Origin: Auanema rhodensis
Taxonomy: Eukaryota > Animalia > Nematoda
Assembly (NCBI GenBank): GCA_964057225.1
Contig: OZ059898.1
Span: forward strand, 8,308,001-8,372,000
Direction of reading: 5' to 3'
DNA length: 64,000 nucleotides
Shown here: positions 27,372-41,098 of the stretch, one piece after another
Numbering within the stretch: position 1 is the first letter of the stretch
Layout of the letters: every line of letters begins with the position of its first letter
Notes under the pieces: model-generated
What the model saw: the letters and a program-made list of their open reading frames with translations, nothing else
Told to the model about the DNA's origin: nothing
The model's database searches: none
Made by a program: the position numbers and the translations under genes

Positions 27372-29713
27372 TCGTAAGTCTATGTTGAAGTTCTAGTGTG
27401 ATTACAAATGGATTGCTTTTCCTTTCATTACATAGTTTAAGTCTATAAAATCTATATATAATTTATAAAAAAGGGATATTTTATCTATTTTTTTAAAAAA
27501 TAAAATGATTAATATATCAAATTATAATAATAATTATAGTTAAAATGATATTCTTTTAATGAGAATTGTCAACGGATGAAATTGATATGATGAATGATAA
27601 AATGATGAGAAAAAGAAAAGAAAAGCTGAGAAAATGAAGAAAAGTTTAAAAAGAAATTAAAAGGAATAAAAACTTGGTAAAGTATACTAAATCATTATGA
27701 AATTGAAAGAATTTACTAAGAACAGATGTTTTGAAAATAAGGAAAAACCTGTGTTGACTAACAGTATACACACATACACATTACATGAAACCCATAAAAC
27801 CTTTTCATATATACAACATAACACAAAGTATATAATGAATTAGATGTAAAACGATTGAATATTATTAAATCAGAAACGACTTCTGGCTTGTTGCCAGCTA
27901 ATGCTTCTTCCTTCACAACGACGACGACGATGACTGTTAATATCATGATTATCAGGTTGTTTTGTCACTTGAAGGTCTTGAACGGAATTGCTGATGGCAA
28001 GCTATTTAACGTAAAAACGAATTCTTTTCCAATTCGAAACAAGAAAAACGATAAACTGTACACTGAATGGTGTGTAAGCATGTGTTATTGGGTCAAATGC
28101 AACTCCTCTACATGGAATTTCTAAATCAATTCTTCGAACAAAAAAAAAGTTTATCAGGGCTCATACAATAATGAAGAATATGATGATGATGATATATCAA
28201 AATTGAAATTTTAAGAATATTTTTAAATTCAATGGATATGTTAACTATACATAACTATATATATATATATATATATACATGTATATTATACTTTAATTTT
28301 AAAAGGAAAAATACAAATTTCATTTGTACTTCTTCTTTTCAAGAAATTCTATGAGAAGAAGAAAATAATTGGCGATGTCTATCTGATAGAAGGAATCATT
28401 TGATGTCGATTCCATAAAAAAGGCTAATTTTCTAAGAAATAAAAGAAAACATTGGATAAGTTTAGGTAATTGTTTCAATTTTAGTATATTATATTAATAA
28501 AATAGTTAGAAAATAAAAGAAAATTAATGTAGAAACAGAAATAGAGAGAGAGAGAGAGAATATTTTTTTTAAAATAAAAATATAAAATATAAAATAACAT
28601 ATAAGATATAAAAATTATTATAATTTTCTTAATTTTTAAAAATATTATAACATATTATTTTAATATATAATTATAAAAAAGTTTATGTTCTTGAAAGAAA
28701 TTAGTTCAACATCATGGTCACTTTAGTCATCAATGTTAGAAATGACTTTAATTGTATACATTTCAAATTCGTGTTTTACCTTTACCGTTCACCATCGTTC
28801 ATTTTCTTTTACCTCTTCTCACCTCATTTTCTCTCTTTCTCTCTTTCCTTTTTCCCTCTTTCTCTCTCTCCCTCTCTCTCTTTCTCTCTTTCTCTCTCAC
28901 ATTCACTTCTCTATTTCACTTCATGTATGCCTATTACTATTCTAGTCTTCTCGTTTTTTTCCAACCTATCACCTCGTTTTCAGCTCCATATACATTTCCA
29001 GACAAGACCATTTATGGCTACGGAAATGACCGAATTTGTACTGAGGGGGGAACATATGATCTTATCGAAGCTACAGAAGATGGAGTAATTGGAAACAAGG
29101 TCAGCAAAAGCCAAAACTCTTTTTGAGGAGTAGCAAAGTAGGCGAGGGAATTGACCAGTGATCATCTAGCCAACTGAAAATCTCTACTTTTGATTTTTGC
29201 AGTTGAGATAGAAAACTGTTCGATTTATGAAACGGTTTAAAGGCAAACTAAACATAAATAATTATAAATTGAAATTTCAGTTTTTCAATACTAAACTAGA
29301 TACATAGATAATAAAAATGATCTCTAATTATATAAAAATGACAAGTTAAATATGTTTTCGATAGAGCAATCTTTGAAAAAAATGAATAACATAGATTATA
29401 TTGTAATAATCTATGAACATATAACCATACATAAACTTGAAATTTTTCAAAAGTTCGTCTTTTGAACGTCATATTTCAATAGAAATTAATTTAATTTTTC
29501 AGTTTTAAAAGTGAAAAACAGAAGAAAAGGTAAATAGAATTCAAATTGAAAAGCTAAAAAAACGAGAAAACCGGATAATATACGGTTGAAGGGGCTGGTG
29601 GGTCATCTCTGTGACCACCGGAGTGATGATGAAGTCAAAACTTGAGAAAATGCGAAAGAAAAAGGGAAAATGAGAGAAGGGGTAAGCCAAGGCTGAAGAA
29701 TGTTATTGGATGA

Positions 29714-30016
29714 CTAGAATATGTCCTTGGTGTAACCTTCTGAAGACGAGAATGGCCAGTAGATGAGTGATGGCGGCATCAGCGTCTCGACGACGTGGTT
29801 GTGGTCGTCGAAGTTACCGGAGTTAAAGTCGGTGTCGTCGTTGACGGCATCGTCTGTACTCGCACTACAGACCTCGTTGTCAGAGTTGCCGTTATCGTTG
29901 CGCTTGGAATCACCAACGCGTTTCTGATTTCCGTCAGTGCTGGTTGTTACCATAGGTAGTGACGATGATGACGGAAGAACTCCGCATTCGAACCATGATT
30001 GTAGATTGCGAAGCAT
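29714..30016 (-). CDS. Candidate 100-aa acidic, Asn/Asp-rich ORF or isolated exon
   Basis: ATG-to-TAG ORF coinciding with a sharply GC-rich island in AT-rich surroundings; no recognisable domain. Confidence 0.35.
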   Translation of the reverse strand: MLRNLQSWFECGVLPSSSSLPMVTTSTDGNQKRVGDSKRNDNGNSDNEVCSASTDDAVNDDTDFNSGNFDDHNHVVETLMPPSLIYWPFSSSEGYTKDIF

Positions 30017-31237
30017 CGTGTGAAGTAAGACACAAGGTGTTAGACCACAAGGAAATGTGTATCAAGAATACGGGAAATAAAAAGAAGAAAATGATGAAGA
30101 AAGGAGAGAGAGAGAGAGAGAGAGAATACGATCTATCATGTGTAATTTTTCTCCATATATGGACATTAGCAACGAAGAATGACAAGCACTTGTCGTTGCC
30201 ATCCAATTCTCTTCTCTATCACGTCCATATTCCGAGTATAATCTTCTCTCTTTTCAGCTCTAGTCTTCCCTTCCCTGTTTGTATCATGTCATAACCATCA
30301 TCATCCATCCCTACAACGTCGTTGGTAGTCGTTGACTTCAATCTGAAGGAATCATGAGAAATACTGAATCAGAATGCTGTGTTGTATTTCTCTTAGCCTC
30401 TTCATTGATGAACCTGTCATCATAATCTATATATATATATATATATATTTTGCAAATAAATCTTTACAACAAACATAAAAAATAAAAAAAAATTATCTAT
30501 TCGGAAAATAAAATAATATTTTTAGTTTTTTCTACAATATGACAGAATGATTCGTCTTCTTTTTCAAATAAAAAGTTCATGAAAATAAAATATGAGAAGT
30601 AAATAATGAGTGTTATTGAGATGATTTCTATCAAAGAGTTTTCATAAAAGTTACATCAAATTATCTTCTTAATCTGATTTATTTCCTTGTCCTTTTAAAA
30701 GTTTCGATATAAAGATTCAAAGGTTATAACATCATTATATATATAAGATTCATTATCATCATCTTTAATTCTTCTTAGTATTATGATAAGAAAATCATAA
30801 TAATGAGAATAAAACCAGTATATTATTAATTAAGAGAGGAAATGATGATGATTAACTATTATATAGATTTATATAACTATAACAATCTATTTATCAACAC
30901 ACATACACACATACACACACATACACATCCATACACATATTACATATGGTCAGTATAATAATGATCATCATAATCATAATCTTAAACGATAGCAAAAAGG
31001 ACTGTTTGTTGATGAAAGATAGATAATAAACGAAATATAAATATAATAATGATAATTATAATGAAATGATGATTGATTAAATGATTTCCAAATATGCCTT
31101 TCATCAATCGATTTTCATCTTTTTGCGTTGTTCGGTCAACGTAAAAATGCCACAATCATCATCATCTTCACTATCACTACACATACATACATAACATCAT
31201 CTTCAGTTTTCATTATCAACTTCACTTCTTTCCTTCT

Positions 31238-31244
<7 letters not shown>

Positions 31245-31323
<79 letters not shown>
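31245..31323. repeat. (CT)n microsatellite
   Basis: Longest CT run in the window, preceded by a C run. Confidence 0.95.
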
Positions 31324-31327
<4 letters not shown>

Positions 31328-32533
31328 CTCTTGTAAGCTATATATGTAACCCCCTCTCTCTCATCTTCCTTGCTAACCATTTATACTCTACCAAAAGTCA
31401 TCCTCGTCTCTTCATTTCGTTCACCTACCCCACCCATATTACTCACCCTTGTCCTCTCTTTAACCCAACCCTACCTTCTCCCCCCTCTCCAAAACACAAA
31501 AATATATTCAAAACATACATATTATATAACAAATATGTTAGAATATTATAAAAATTTAAATGAAAGGGTTTTTTTAAAAAGGAAAATCAAAAGATAAAGT
31601 TAAAAAGAACAAAAAAAAAGAATTTCTATTGGTTGAACTCTGAATTCGAGATATCTTATAGAGACAATAGGTCAATAGAATCAATTTACAGAAGAGTACA
31701 ATTCGAATATAGTATATACGATATAGTATAGAGAAATAGATATTTAGATGGAAAGTTTATTACATCAATGATATAAGATGAAAGTTCAATATGAAAAGAT
31801 ATATGTAAAGAATCAAAGAGATGAATTTTCGACAAATTAGGAAAAACGAACAGAAACATGTAAAAGGATATGTTAATAAATATTTAAATAAGTTATGGTA
31901 TTTGAATGAAAAATGATAAAAATCAATGAAATTTTCGGAAAAAAACATAAATTTGAATGATATTATCATCAAATTGTTTTTTCAAAATAAATTTATTTTT
32001 GTTGATCAAGCTTAAAACTTGATCAAATTCGATTGATTTGGAACACAGAGTTTGTCTTTACGAGACGGCATGCTATGATGTTACGATGAGCGACATGGCG
32101 AATCAGAGAAAATAGCGAAATGACTTGATATGAATGAAAACTGGCCTTTTCATGCAATATGGTTCAAGAAAGAGAAATAGAAAAAGAGAGAAAGAAATAG
32201 AGAGGTAAACTAAGAGAAAAAGAGAGAGAGGGAGAGAGAGGGAGAGATAGAGAGAGAAAGAGAAAATCTTTATGTAATTATAAGAACTTAATAATAATCA
32301 AATGAATAGTTAATCTTAACACTTAATCTTTTAAGCTTTAGCTTTTTTATAATATATACTGTATACTGTATATTATATTTATTTATATAAAATATTATAA
32401 ATAATGCATTTATTCATAAAAAAAATAAAAAATAATATTCACAACATTGTATGAAAAATACATATTAGTATATTTACACTGTACAATTTAAATTTTCTTA
32501 CTTTGATTTATTATAATTAATTAAATAAATTAA

Positions 32534-34202
32534 TTAACTATCCCGTATTCTACTATTAAAAAGCATTTTTATCAATTTTCGAATATCATTGTCAGTTGAT
32601 GATGTTTTGTCCCTTAAAATATATGATTGTTAATTATTAAATAATAAAAAAAGATTTGAAGATTTACCTCATAAACAGCCATTTGTGAAATTTTTCAAAT
32701 TCTTTTTCATCAAATGCTTCAGGATGTTGTGATTTGATATCTTTAATAGAATAATTACTTGAAAAATGATTTTCTCCAATCCGTGGTTTAGTAGATCGTA
32801 TAGGTCGTGGTGATACAACACCAATTCGAGGAGTTTCTAAATCAAAAAAATAATTTAATTAACAAGAATTTAATATTATTCTTATAAAATTATATTTTAA
32901 ATTTATTGATTTATGTAATTAAAACAAACAAAAAAAGATTTTTCTTAATTCTATATCTATGCTAAAGCTTGAAATATCTTTTAAAATGGCTCATAAATCG
33001 ACAATTTCAAACATAATTACATCTTTGATGCAATGAGACATGCAAGCATGTACTGGAAAAAAAATTGAATTTCATTAAAAAAAGAACCAAATGATTGGAT
33101 CTAATTGAAATTTTGAACTTTTTTTGATGTATAAAACCAAAAGAACACGTACAAAGTTGAATTTTCAATATAATTTTTTGTTGTGAAAAGAATAACAAAT
33201 GAATGATCTTTCTGCAAAGTTTCTACACTATTCTTAAAATAATTCAAATTTAATTTATTTAAAAAGAAAAGTTTGTCGTCAAACTAGTTACAACAATACC
33301 TGGTTGTATTGGTTTTCTTCCGGACCCGGAAGCTGGTGTTAAAGTTCGTCGGCGAGCTCCAAACACAAATTTATCTCCTGCTGATCGAGATCGTCGCATT
33401 CCATGTGATATATGCATAGCTTAAGATAAAACAATATATAAATATTATTTTAGATATAAACAAAGAAAGTAAAAAAATCAATAATGTATAGTTAAATTTA
33501 AAAAAAAAAGATTTTTATAATAGAAAAATGATGTAAAATCTTCATCTTCATGTATAGTTCAATGAATTATAGTATTCTCAGGAGAAATGAAACTTATTTT
33601 CATAATGGAAAATATAATTTCATTGTTAATCGATGATGAAAAGATGTATTTCATATATTATTTTCAAAATATTTTAATTATACTATATTATGATGAGAAA
33701 TCTTCAATTTTTATAATTATAATTCAGAATGAAAATAACTAATAATTGAATATTAATACATCTTTAATGTATTATATATATATTCATTTATATTAATAGA
33801 AAAGTTGAAAAAGAAGGAAGAAAATCCACAAATAAACTAAAAATTTGAAATTTCACGTAAATCAAAAGTTTACGTGAAATTGAATGAATATCAATATTTT
33901 TATTTATTTTTGTTAATATTACAAGCACAAAACGAATGCATTTGAAGAGATTTAAACCAAAAAAATTTATATTTCATACGAAAAAGATTAAAATGATTTT
34001 TCAACAGAACTTCTCTCATTTCATCATCGAATTACTTGTTTTCGAATAAAAAAAAATAAAAAAATCTGCATTATATTTCAAAAAATTTGACTTGAAATGT
34101 AAGAATTCATGAAAATTGTTCAGAGTGAAGAAGCAATTGAGAAAAAGAGATAAACGACTTACGTGATGCTTGGGGACTATTCTCCTTTGATGAATCAGGC
34201 AT
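32534..34202 (-). CDS. Uncharacterised 135-aa protein (4 coding exons)
   Basis: Exons 34163-34202, 33300-33419, 32668-32836 and 32534-32612 have GT-AG ends and consistent phases. Translation MPDSSKENSPQASPMHISHGMRRSRSAGDKFVFGARRRTLTP...FDEKEFEKFHKWLFMRDKTSSTDNDIRKLIKMLFNSRIRDS*. A TTTTCAG acceptor lies 12 nt before the ATG. Confidence 0.78.
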
Positions 34203-37200
34203 TTTCTAGATGTTCTGAAAAAATATATCAAATATCTTCAATGTATATATGGTTATTTTGAAAAATCAACAAAATATTTTTATCTTATAAAAATAAATTG
34301 AAGATAACAAATGAATAAAAGAGAATAAAACATAAATATACTATATATTATATAAAATAAATATTAGTTAATATAAAATAAATAAAGAATATATATATAA
34401 TTAAAGTAAAAAAAAATCTTATTTTTGCCTTTTTTTGTTTTCAAAAAACAAAAACTAATAGTACAAGTTATGGCAGGTTTCCATGGTAGAACTCATGTGC
34501 TGTGATGTGTTGGAAAGGGAAAGTCATAGTTGAACATTGGGAAGTGATCATAACGAAATAGTAAATAATTGAATATGCCAAGTTAGATGTATGTCAGAAA
34601 ATGATGAAATTTGATTTCAAATATTGAATACATTCAGTTGAATTAATAAAGAAATGAATATATAGATGAATATTTAGAATTCTGAATGCCATTGACGATG
34701 ATCCTGCTGAAGAAACTGAAGGCAAACGTTGTTTCAGCTATGAGGGTATTAAGAAAACATGATAGATGGCCATAAGTAGCAGAAGAATTCGCAAAGCAGC
34801 AAAGATAGGCAGAGAAAGAGACAGTGAGATAAAGAGAGGGAGAGAGAGAGAGAGCAAGAGAGAGAGAAGAAGTGGGGGTGGGATGAAAACTTTTCATGTT
34901 GTGTGTCAGACTTCACAAGCCATATAGTCGAGAAGTTCAATTCGTTTTCAAAATCCATGGACATACATACGACATTCGATGATGATGGAGCTCATACATA
35001 CAAATACATAGAAATTGAGAGAGAGAAAGAAGAAAGTTACAGCTTAAAGCAAGACTAACCAATATTAGGAATTGTCTCTTTTTCCTTCTCCTCCTCCTCC
35101 TACTTCTCCTTCTCTTTTTTATTTTTAGAAAGCTAACAGGCAGTTTATCATGAAGATGAAGTCACATACACTATTTGTACATCTCTCTATTGAATTTTCA
35201 TTTTTTTTTTCACAAAAATAGACAAAAACGCTATGAGAATTAGATGGTATATATTGATAAGATAGACGAAAATAGATGAAAAAGAATGGAAGAAGAATGA
35301 TCAGTTAGTTTATGTGCAGCTGAATATGACTGGCATTGTGATCGTTACAATCTGTCAGATGAAGATATACATCAGATGTTATTGAGTGCTATGAGCTGAT
35401 GGACATTGAGAACAAGAAGGCAACAACGACGACAATGACAACGATAACTGAGCATAAATGACTATTCTCTTGATATGTCATATTCAAAATCAATGAAATA
35501 TGAAGTAAATAGGAACAACCTGGAATATTAAGAGCGTTTTAGGCTGGATGAGGTTACGAAAAAGCTGGTCGAATAAACAATGCTTTCAAGCGGGAATATA
35601 GTTGTTCCATTCACGGTACATCAAGTTAGGATATAGGGGGGGGGGATATGTGGAAATAGTGTTGATGCACATACATATATGTATATGGATAACATTGGCT
35701 TTAATGCAGACTCCAAGGCACCAGAAAAGAAAAACGGAAAAGGAGAGTGAAAGAGAGAGAGTGAGAGAGAAAGAGAGGTAGGAATGATTTTGGTGGTTTA
35801 GTTAAATATAAAATATGAAATAGCCATTCAGACTATTTGAGAGGCGAATTTCTCTAAAAATTATAAAAAAAGGAAACACAAAAGATATGGATTATTTTTG
35901 AAATCTGAGTGCCTCCAAGCAAAATAGCCTAAAATCCTAGGACTTATCAGAACATCCGTTTGCGGGCATGCAACAACACGAAATAGCAGAACAAAAAAAG
36001 AATAATATGTGAAACTTGAGAAGAACATTCTAATCCGAATATGAGCGTAAATCTTCAAACAACTATTTCCATAAGATGGCAAGTTTTTCACATTCATAAC
36101 TTCTACGATGTCGTTGCTCTTCATGTCAAACCAAACGTTTTTTGAACAAATTGAGATGAGAAAGAGACGAGAAGACACCCAAAGTAATTGTAAAGAAACG
36201 AAAAGATTGAGAGGCATTTGTAAGTCTTCAATTGGATGAAATATGGAAATTCAATACTTGCGGACAAGCCGACAAATGCTTGATGTTTTTAAGATTTCTG
36301 ATGTCCAGAACAACGGCAACGAGGCTCGTAGACGACGTCGTAGCCTCGAGGATTTAAGGTCCGCCCTTTAGATTCAACTATTGCTCTCTGACACTGGTCT
36401 ATCCGTTTTCTCTTACCCTCTCTTCCTTTTCCTTTCTCTCTTGGTGGTTTTGCTTTTTAATTTAAATTTCTTAAATGAAATTCGGATGACATTCATACAG
36501 GTCATAAGAAACATTTGTAACATTATACGAAGAAAAAGACAAAAAAAGAAACTTAAAAGGACAAACTAAGGTAAAATGATCTTTATTTCCCAAATAGAAT
36601 TACAACGATGACATGAGCAAGATACATAAAATTCGGATACGGATGAACAAATCTCGCTTGATGAAAATGGAAGTCAAATGGCTGAATAAAGTATATCTTA
36701 GATAAGATTAAAATATATAAAAAGAAGCAAAAGAAAAGTTGTTTATCAAAAAGATTTTTATAAATTTTATAAAAATTTGATTGAGATAAATTTAATAAAT
36801 TCTATATAATAATCAAAATTGGATGATATTTCTATTTCATTATGTATGCATTTATCGCTTTAAAACCATTTTTTTTGTATTTTACGAATAAAATAAATGG
36901 AAATATTTTACTTTTTCTATCAAAGCCAAATACAAAAATTCATATTTTATTGAGAATTGTTTTATGAGAATGCAGAAAGAATACTGAGGAATACGAATGA
37001 AAAACGATGTTTCCGGCTGGCGTTGTCATCGCCTTTCTTTGACGTTTAACTCAAGATTGAGAAGTTTTTGTGGTCTTTTCAAGTAAATATCAGATCTTTC
37101 ACTCACGTTGTTCCTTATGTTGAAGCCTTATACATACATATATGTATGTATTTGAAGGAGACATGTAATTTTATTGAAAAAGTTCCTCTTATGTTTATGG

Positions 37201-38877
37201 CCATTCATTTAGAATTATCTCAGATTCAACTTCATTTTCAAACAATTTTAAGAAGACAAAAGACTTCAATAGCTTATTTTACAAATAATAAACGAAAACT
37301 AAAACAAGAAAAGATGAGAATGCTTCAACTATGAAGCAACAAAAACTTTGTTTCGAAATAGGATGACAGTTCAGAAAAAAAAAGCTTAAAAGAAGGTTTT
37401 CTATGAACTCGAATAGACTTTGAATGAAATAAAAAAATAGAAAAATGGAAGGAAAATGAGAGGAATGATGACACTAATAACGGGAAATGGAAATGATTCA
37501 GAAAAGACACAGAAACTATCATTATTCTCAGAAAGTTTTGTGATTTTAAAAAAAAAAAAACAAAAAAAAGGACAAGAAATTCATCTTTTATTACATATAA
37601 ACTATAAAATATTTAAAATATAATATAACATGAATAGTATGATATTCTATGTTATATACCAGAGCAATTGATGTGAAAAAAAGTTTGAAATACATGTGAA
37701 ATGTATATAATTTCATTTATTTATTTACTTATAACATATAAATTCTTTCAATTTCATTCATTTTTCACAAGGTAATACTTAATATAGATCATAGTTCTTT
37801 ATTTAATATTTACTTTTGAATAGTATAGTTTATATATACTATATACATATAGTATATCTTTCTATATCTTTATATTTTATAAAATTTTATTTTCTTTCTA
37901 ATTATATCTCAACTGAAGATATTTATCAATTATCTTCATCTATATACATATACATACTATATACAGACATATACATGTATATGTATGTATGTATATCATG
38001 TCAAACTGTGGTTAAAAATAAAGATTTTTGTTATTTTTTTCCAAACGAAAACTCTTCAAAAGAAATATTTTGTTTGATTTTCAATAGAAATCTTCTTATT
38101 TTCTTTTTTTTTCTTTATGTATGTTCTTCTATTTATCTACATTAGATATATGATAGATATGACTGAAAAGACTAAATCAAATATATATCCTGATCTTTGA
38201 TCATAAATATTATATAATTTATATAATTTATATAGTTAATACAGTATAAAATATATTTAAAAAAAAAATTTTTTTTAATTACAAATCTTATTCTTATTAA
38301 TCCATTTCATTTTTATAACTTTTAACATTCAAAATAAATTTTAATTTTTAATAATTAAAATTATTTTAATTTGAAAATATATTAAATTCACATGTTCTAT
38401 TAGATTAACATTGATGAATTTATTTTAAAAACTGAACATAATCTCAAATAATCTGGTTATAACTCATCTCTACATCATCAGTTACATACAAACATAACTC
38501 AGGCCAAGGCCATAAAAGGGGCCGAAAGAACATTTCATAAACATTCGTTAACTATGCTATATATACGTATGGTATATACGACGGATATGTATAACTACAC
38601 TGACAGTCTATAATCTTTATATGTATTTGACAATTAATTTTGATATATTTTATAAAATTTTTATTTTTTAGATTATTTTATTAAATTAGTTATTTGTTTA
38701 TATTAAAGTTTTAGCAATAATATTTCAATTTTTTCATATTTGAAGTCAATCTGTCATCCTTTCTGATCTATTTTTAACTTTTCGAAACCGTTTTTCAATT
38801 TGTTTTTTATCAAACAATTTCTTTGTGTTTTCTTCTTCTTATCTTGTGTATTGGTGTTTAAGCAGTCGAATTCTCTT

Positions 38878-38882
<5 letters not shown>

Positions 38883-38916
<34 letters not shown>
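38883..38916. repeat. (CT)n microsatellite
   Basis: Pure CT run upstream of the PDZ gene. Confidence 0.9.
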
Positions 38917-38920
<4 letters not shown>

Positions 38921-39423
38921 CTTTTCTTTTTTTTCTTTTTTTTCTTCATATGTTATCTGTGAAAAGGCATGAGCAGCCGCACAGGAGTGGGAGTTGGGGT
39001 GGAGGAGGAGAGAAACGATGAACATTGCCTAACTATTCTGATGACTCATGATGACGACTCGAAAATGAAGAGAAGGAGACGATGAAGAAAAGGGGAAAAA
39101 GGGGACAGCTAGTCCCAATACCACGTTGTCATCATCGTCTCTCTTTCCTTTTATTCCTTTTCCAACATCATGTCCCTCCTCGGCTGACCAACCGATCGAC
39201 CGGATTAGCATATGGGCGAACCAAACACATCGATTTCCTTAAGAAACAACACACATTGTCTCCTGTTCTCTTTGCTTTTGTCTTGAGTTTTTCTCTTTGA
39301 ACACCTCAGATTCTATGTATTTCAATTTTCTCTAAATATAGTTTTTGATTTTGTCTTCAATATATTCAAAACGCTTATTTTATTTATAAAATAATAAGTA
39401 TTTCAGTTAGATTTATCTTCAAA

Positions 39424-39959
39424 ATGTCGGCTTATGGTCATTTAGCTGGTGATCGTATTGAATGTTTAAGTATAGCTGTTGAATTAAGAAAAGAAGAGGT
39501 GAAAAAAAGATTTTTTTTATCTTTTAATAATAAATTTTATGTTATATTTAGGTTTTTGATGAGTATGGTGTGAAGCATTTTCGAGTTGGATTCAAGATTG
39601 GTGGAGGTATTGATCAAGATCCTAGCATGGCACCGTATCAATATCCTGATACAGTATGTTTGATCGATTTTCGTGTTCACGAAAGGTTTTAAGCTTACAA
39701 ACTCATCTTTTTCGTTGCAGGGTATCTACATAACGCATATTGAAGCGAATTCACCAGCAGAACGAGCTGGCTTAATGCAACATGATAAAGTTCTTCGAGT
39801 AAGAATTCAAATAATTTGAACTATAGGAAAATCAATTTCTTTTAGGTAAATGGAATTGATTTTACAATGTTAACACATCATCATGCTGTTAAATATATAA
39901 TGAAATTTGAAGTTTTAAATATGCTTATAGCTCGTTCAGATATTCCTCCATTAAGATAA
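39424..39959 (+). CDS. TAX1BP3: TIP-1/Tax1-binding protein 3 homologue (single PDZ domain, 122 aa)
   Basis: Exons 39424-39498, 39552-39653, 39721-39798 and 39846-39959. Translation contains the TIP-1 signature GFKIGGGIDQDPSMAPYQYPDTGIYITHIEANSPAERAGLMQHDKVLRVNGIDFTMLTHHHAVK. Confidence 0.93.
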
Positions 39960-40367
39960 TTTATTTTACTTTTCTTTGAAACAATTTTCAAAATTTGCTT
40001 TAAAATATAAATTAATAACAGCTAATAACGGGTTTCTTATTAATATAATTAAGTATAATAGAATATAAATTTATATTTTTATGTATTCTTCTTATATCAT
40101 TATTTTCCATGACTTTATTTATGTATATGTATTTATATATTTATATTTTATGTTAATTTAAAATAATAAAAAAAATTTTTTTTTTGTAATTTAATTTCTT
40201 TTAAAATTTTTTAATTTAAAATATTACATATGATAGTGATATCAACCGGTTTCTCAGAAAAAAAATGTAATGAAACGTGAAAGGTCACGTGGTGTTCCTG
40301 ACGAAAAAAATGAATTTAAGTCATTTTAGCATTTAAAGACTTGTGAATTAGTTGTACTCACCACCTT

Positions 40368-41098
40368 ATGAAATATAAAATTGGTATTTCTTATTTTTTA
40401 ATTCAAAAAAATAAAAAATAATTTATATTTTAGTTTTGTATTGTATTTTGATAATTTTTTATATTACATCTACTAGTCAGGTATTGTTTTATATAGTTTT
40501 ATAGTTTAATTATTATATAATTTTAGAAACAAATTGAAAAAAATGAAATAAGAACTAACAATGAAGAAGAATTTGTATTTTCTATTTTAAACTGTTTTTT
40601 TAAATAATTTAATTTAATTTTAGATATCTATTTCAAATAATACTTCAACAATTCAAATAAATAATTGTCAAATAAAACAAATGAAAAATAATTATTCAAA
40701 AGAAAATTTAAAAAGAAAATTATTAAGACATAAATTTCATTTTGGAAGGTATTCTTATATAATACTATTATCTCGTATATTCTTATGTGTTTTAGAGAAG
40801 CTCCTGTATTACCTATAATCATATCTGTTTGCTGTCTGCTCTTGCTTTCTACATATCTTCAATCTATTTTCAATTGTGATGATAATGCTCAACAGGTTAA
40901 ATTATATTTATAAATTTATAATTAAGTTTTTACTAAATATTTCTTTATTTTTTGATTATTTAGATTATACTTCAAAATACAAGATTGGACAAACAGTTGA
41001 AGGAAAACTTAACGCCCAAAATGTCAAATATGAATAATTCTGTTTCATCTACAACATGCTGCATACAAAAGAAATGTAAGAATTTAAAAAAAATATAA
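40368..41098 (+). CDS. Uncharacterised 156-aa protein with signal peptide and one predicted TM segment
   Basis: Exons 40368-40383, 40434-40480, 40527-40574, 40624-40748, 40796-40895 and 40964-41098; five GT-AG introns of 46-68 nt keep one open frame. Signal MKYKIVLYCILIIFYITSTS; hydrophobic VLPIIISVCCLLLLSTYLQSIF. The 3' end is uncertain because of a possible GTAAG donor at 41076. Confidence 0.72.

Noticed and set aside
36320-36350. CGAGGCT...AGCCTCG inverted repeat as a Helitron 3' end
   Set aside because: Only a 7-bp stem, with no CTRR terminus at the right spacing and no other transposon evidence.
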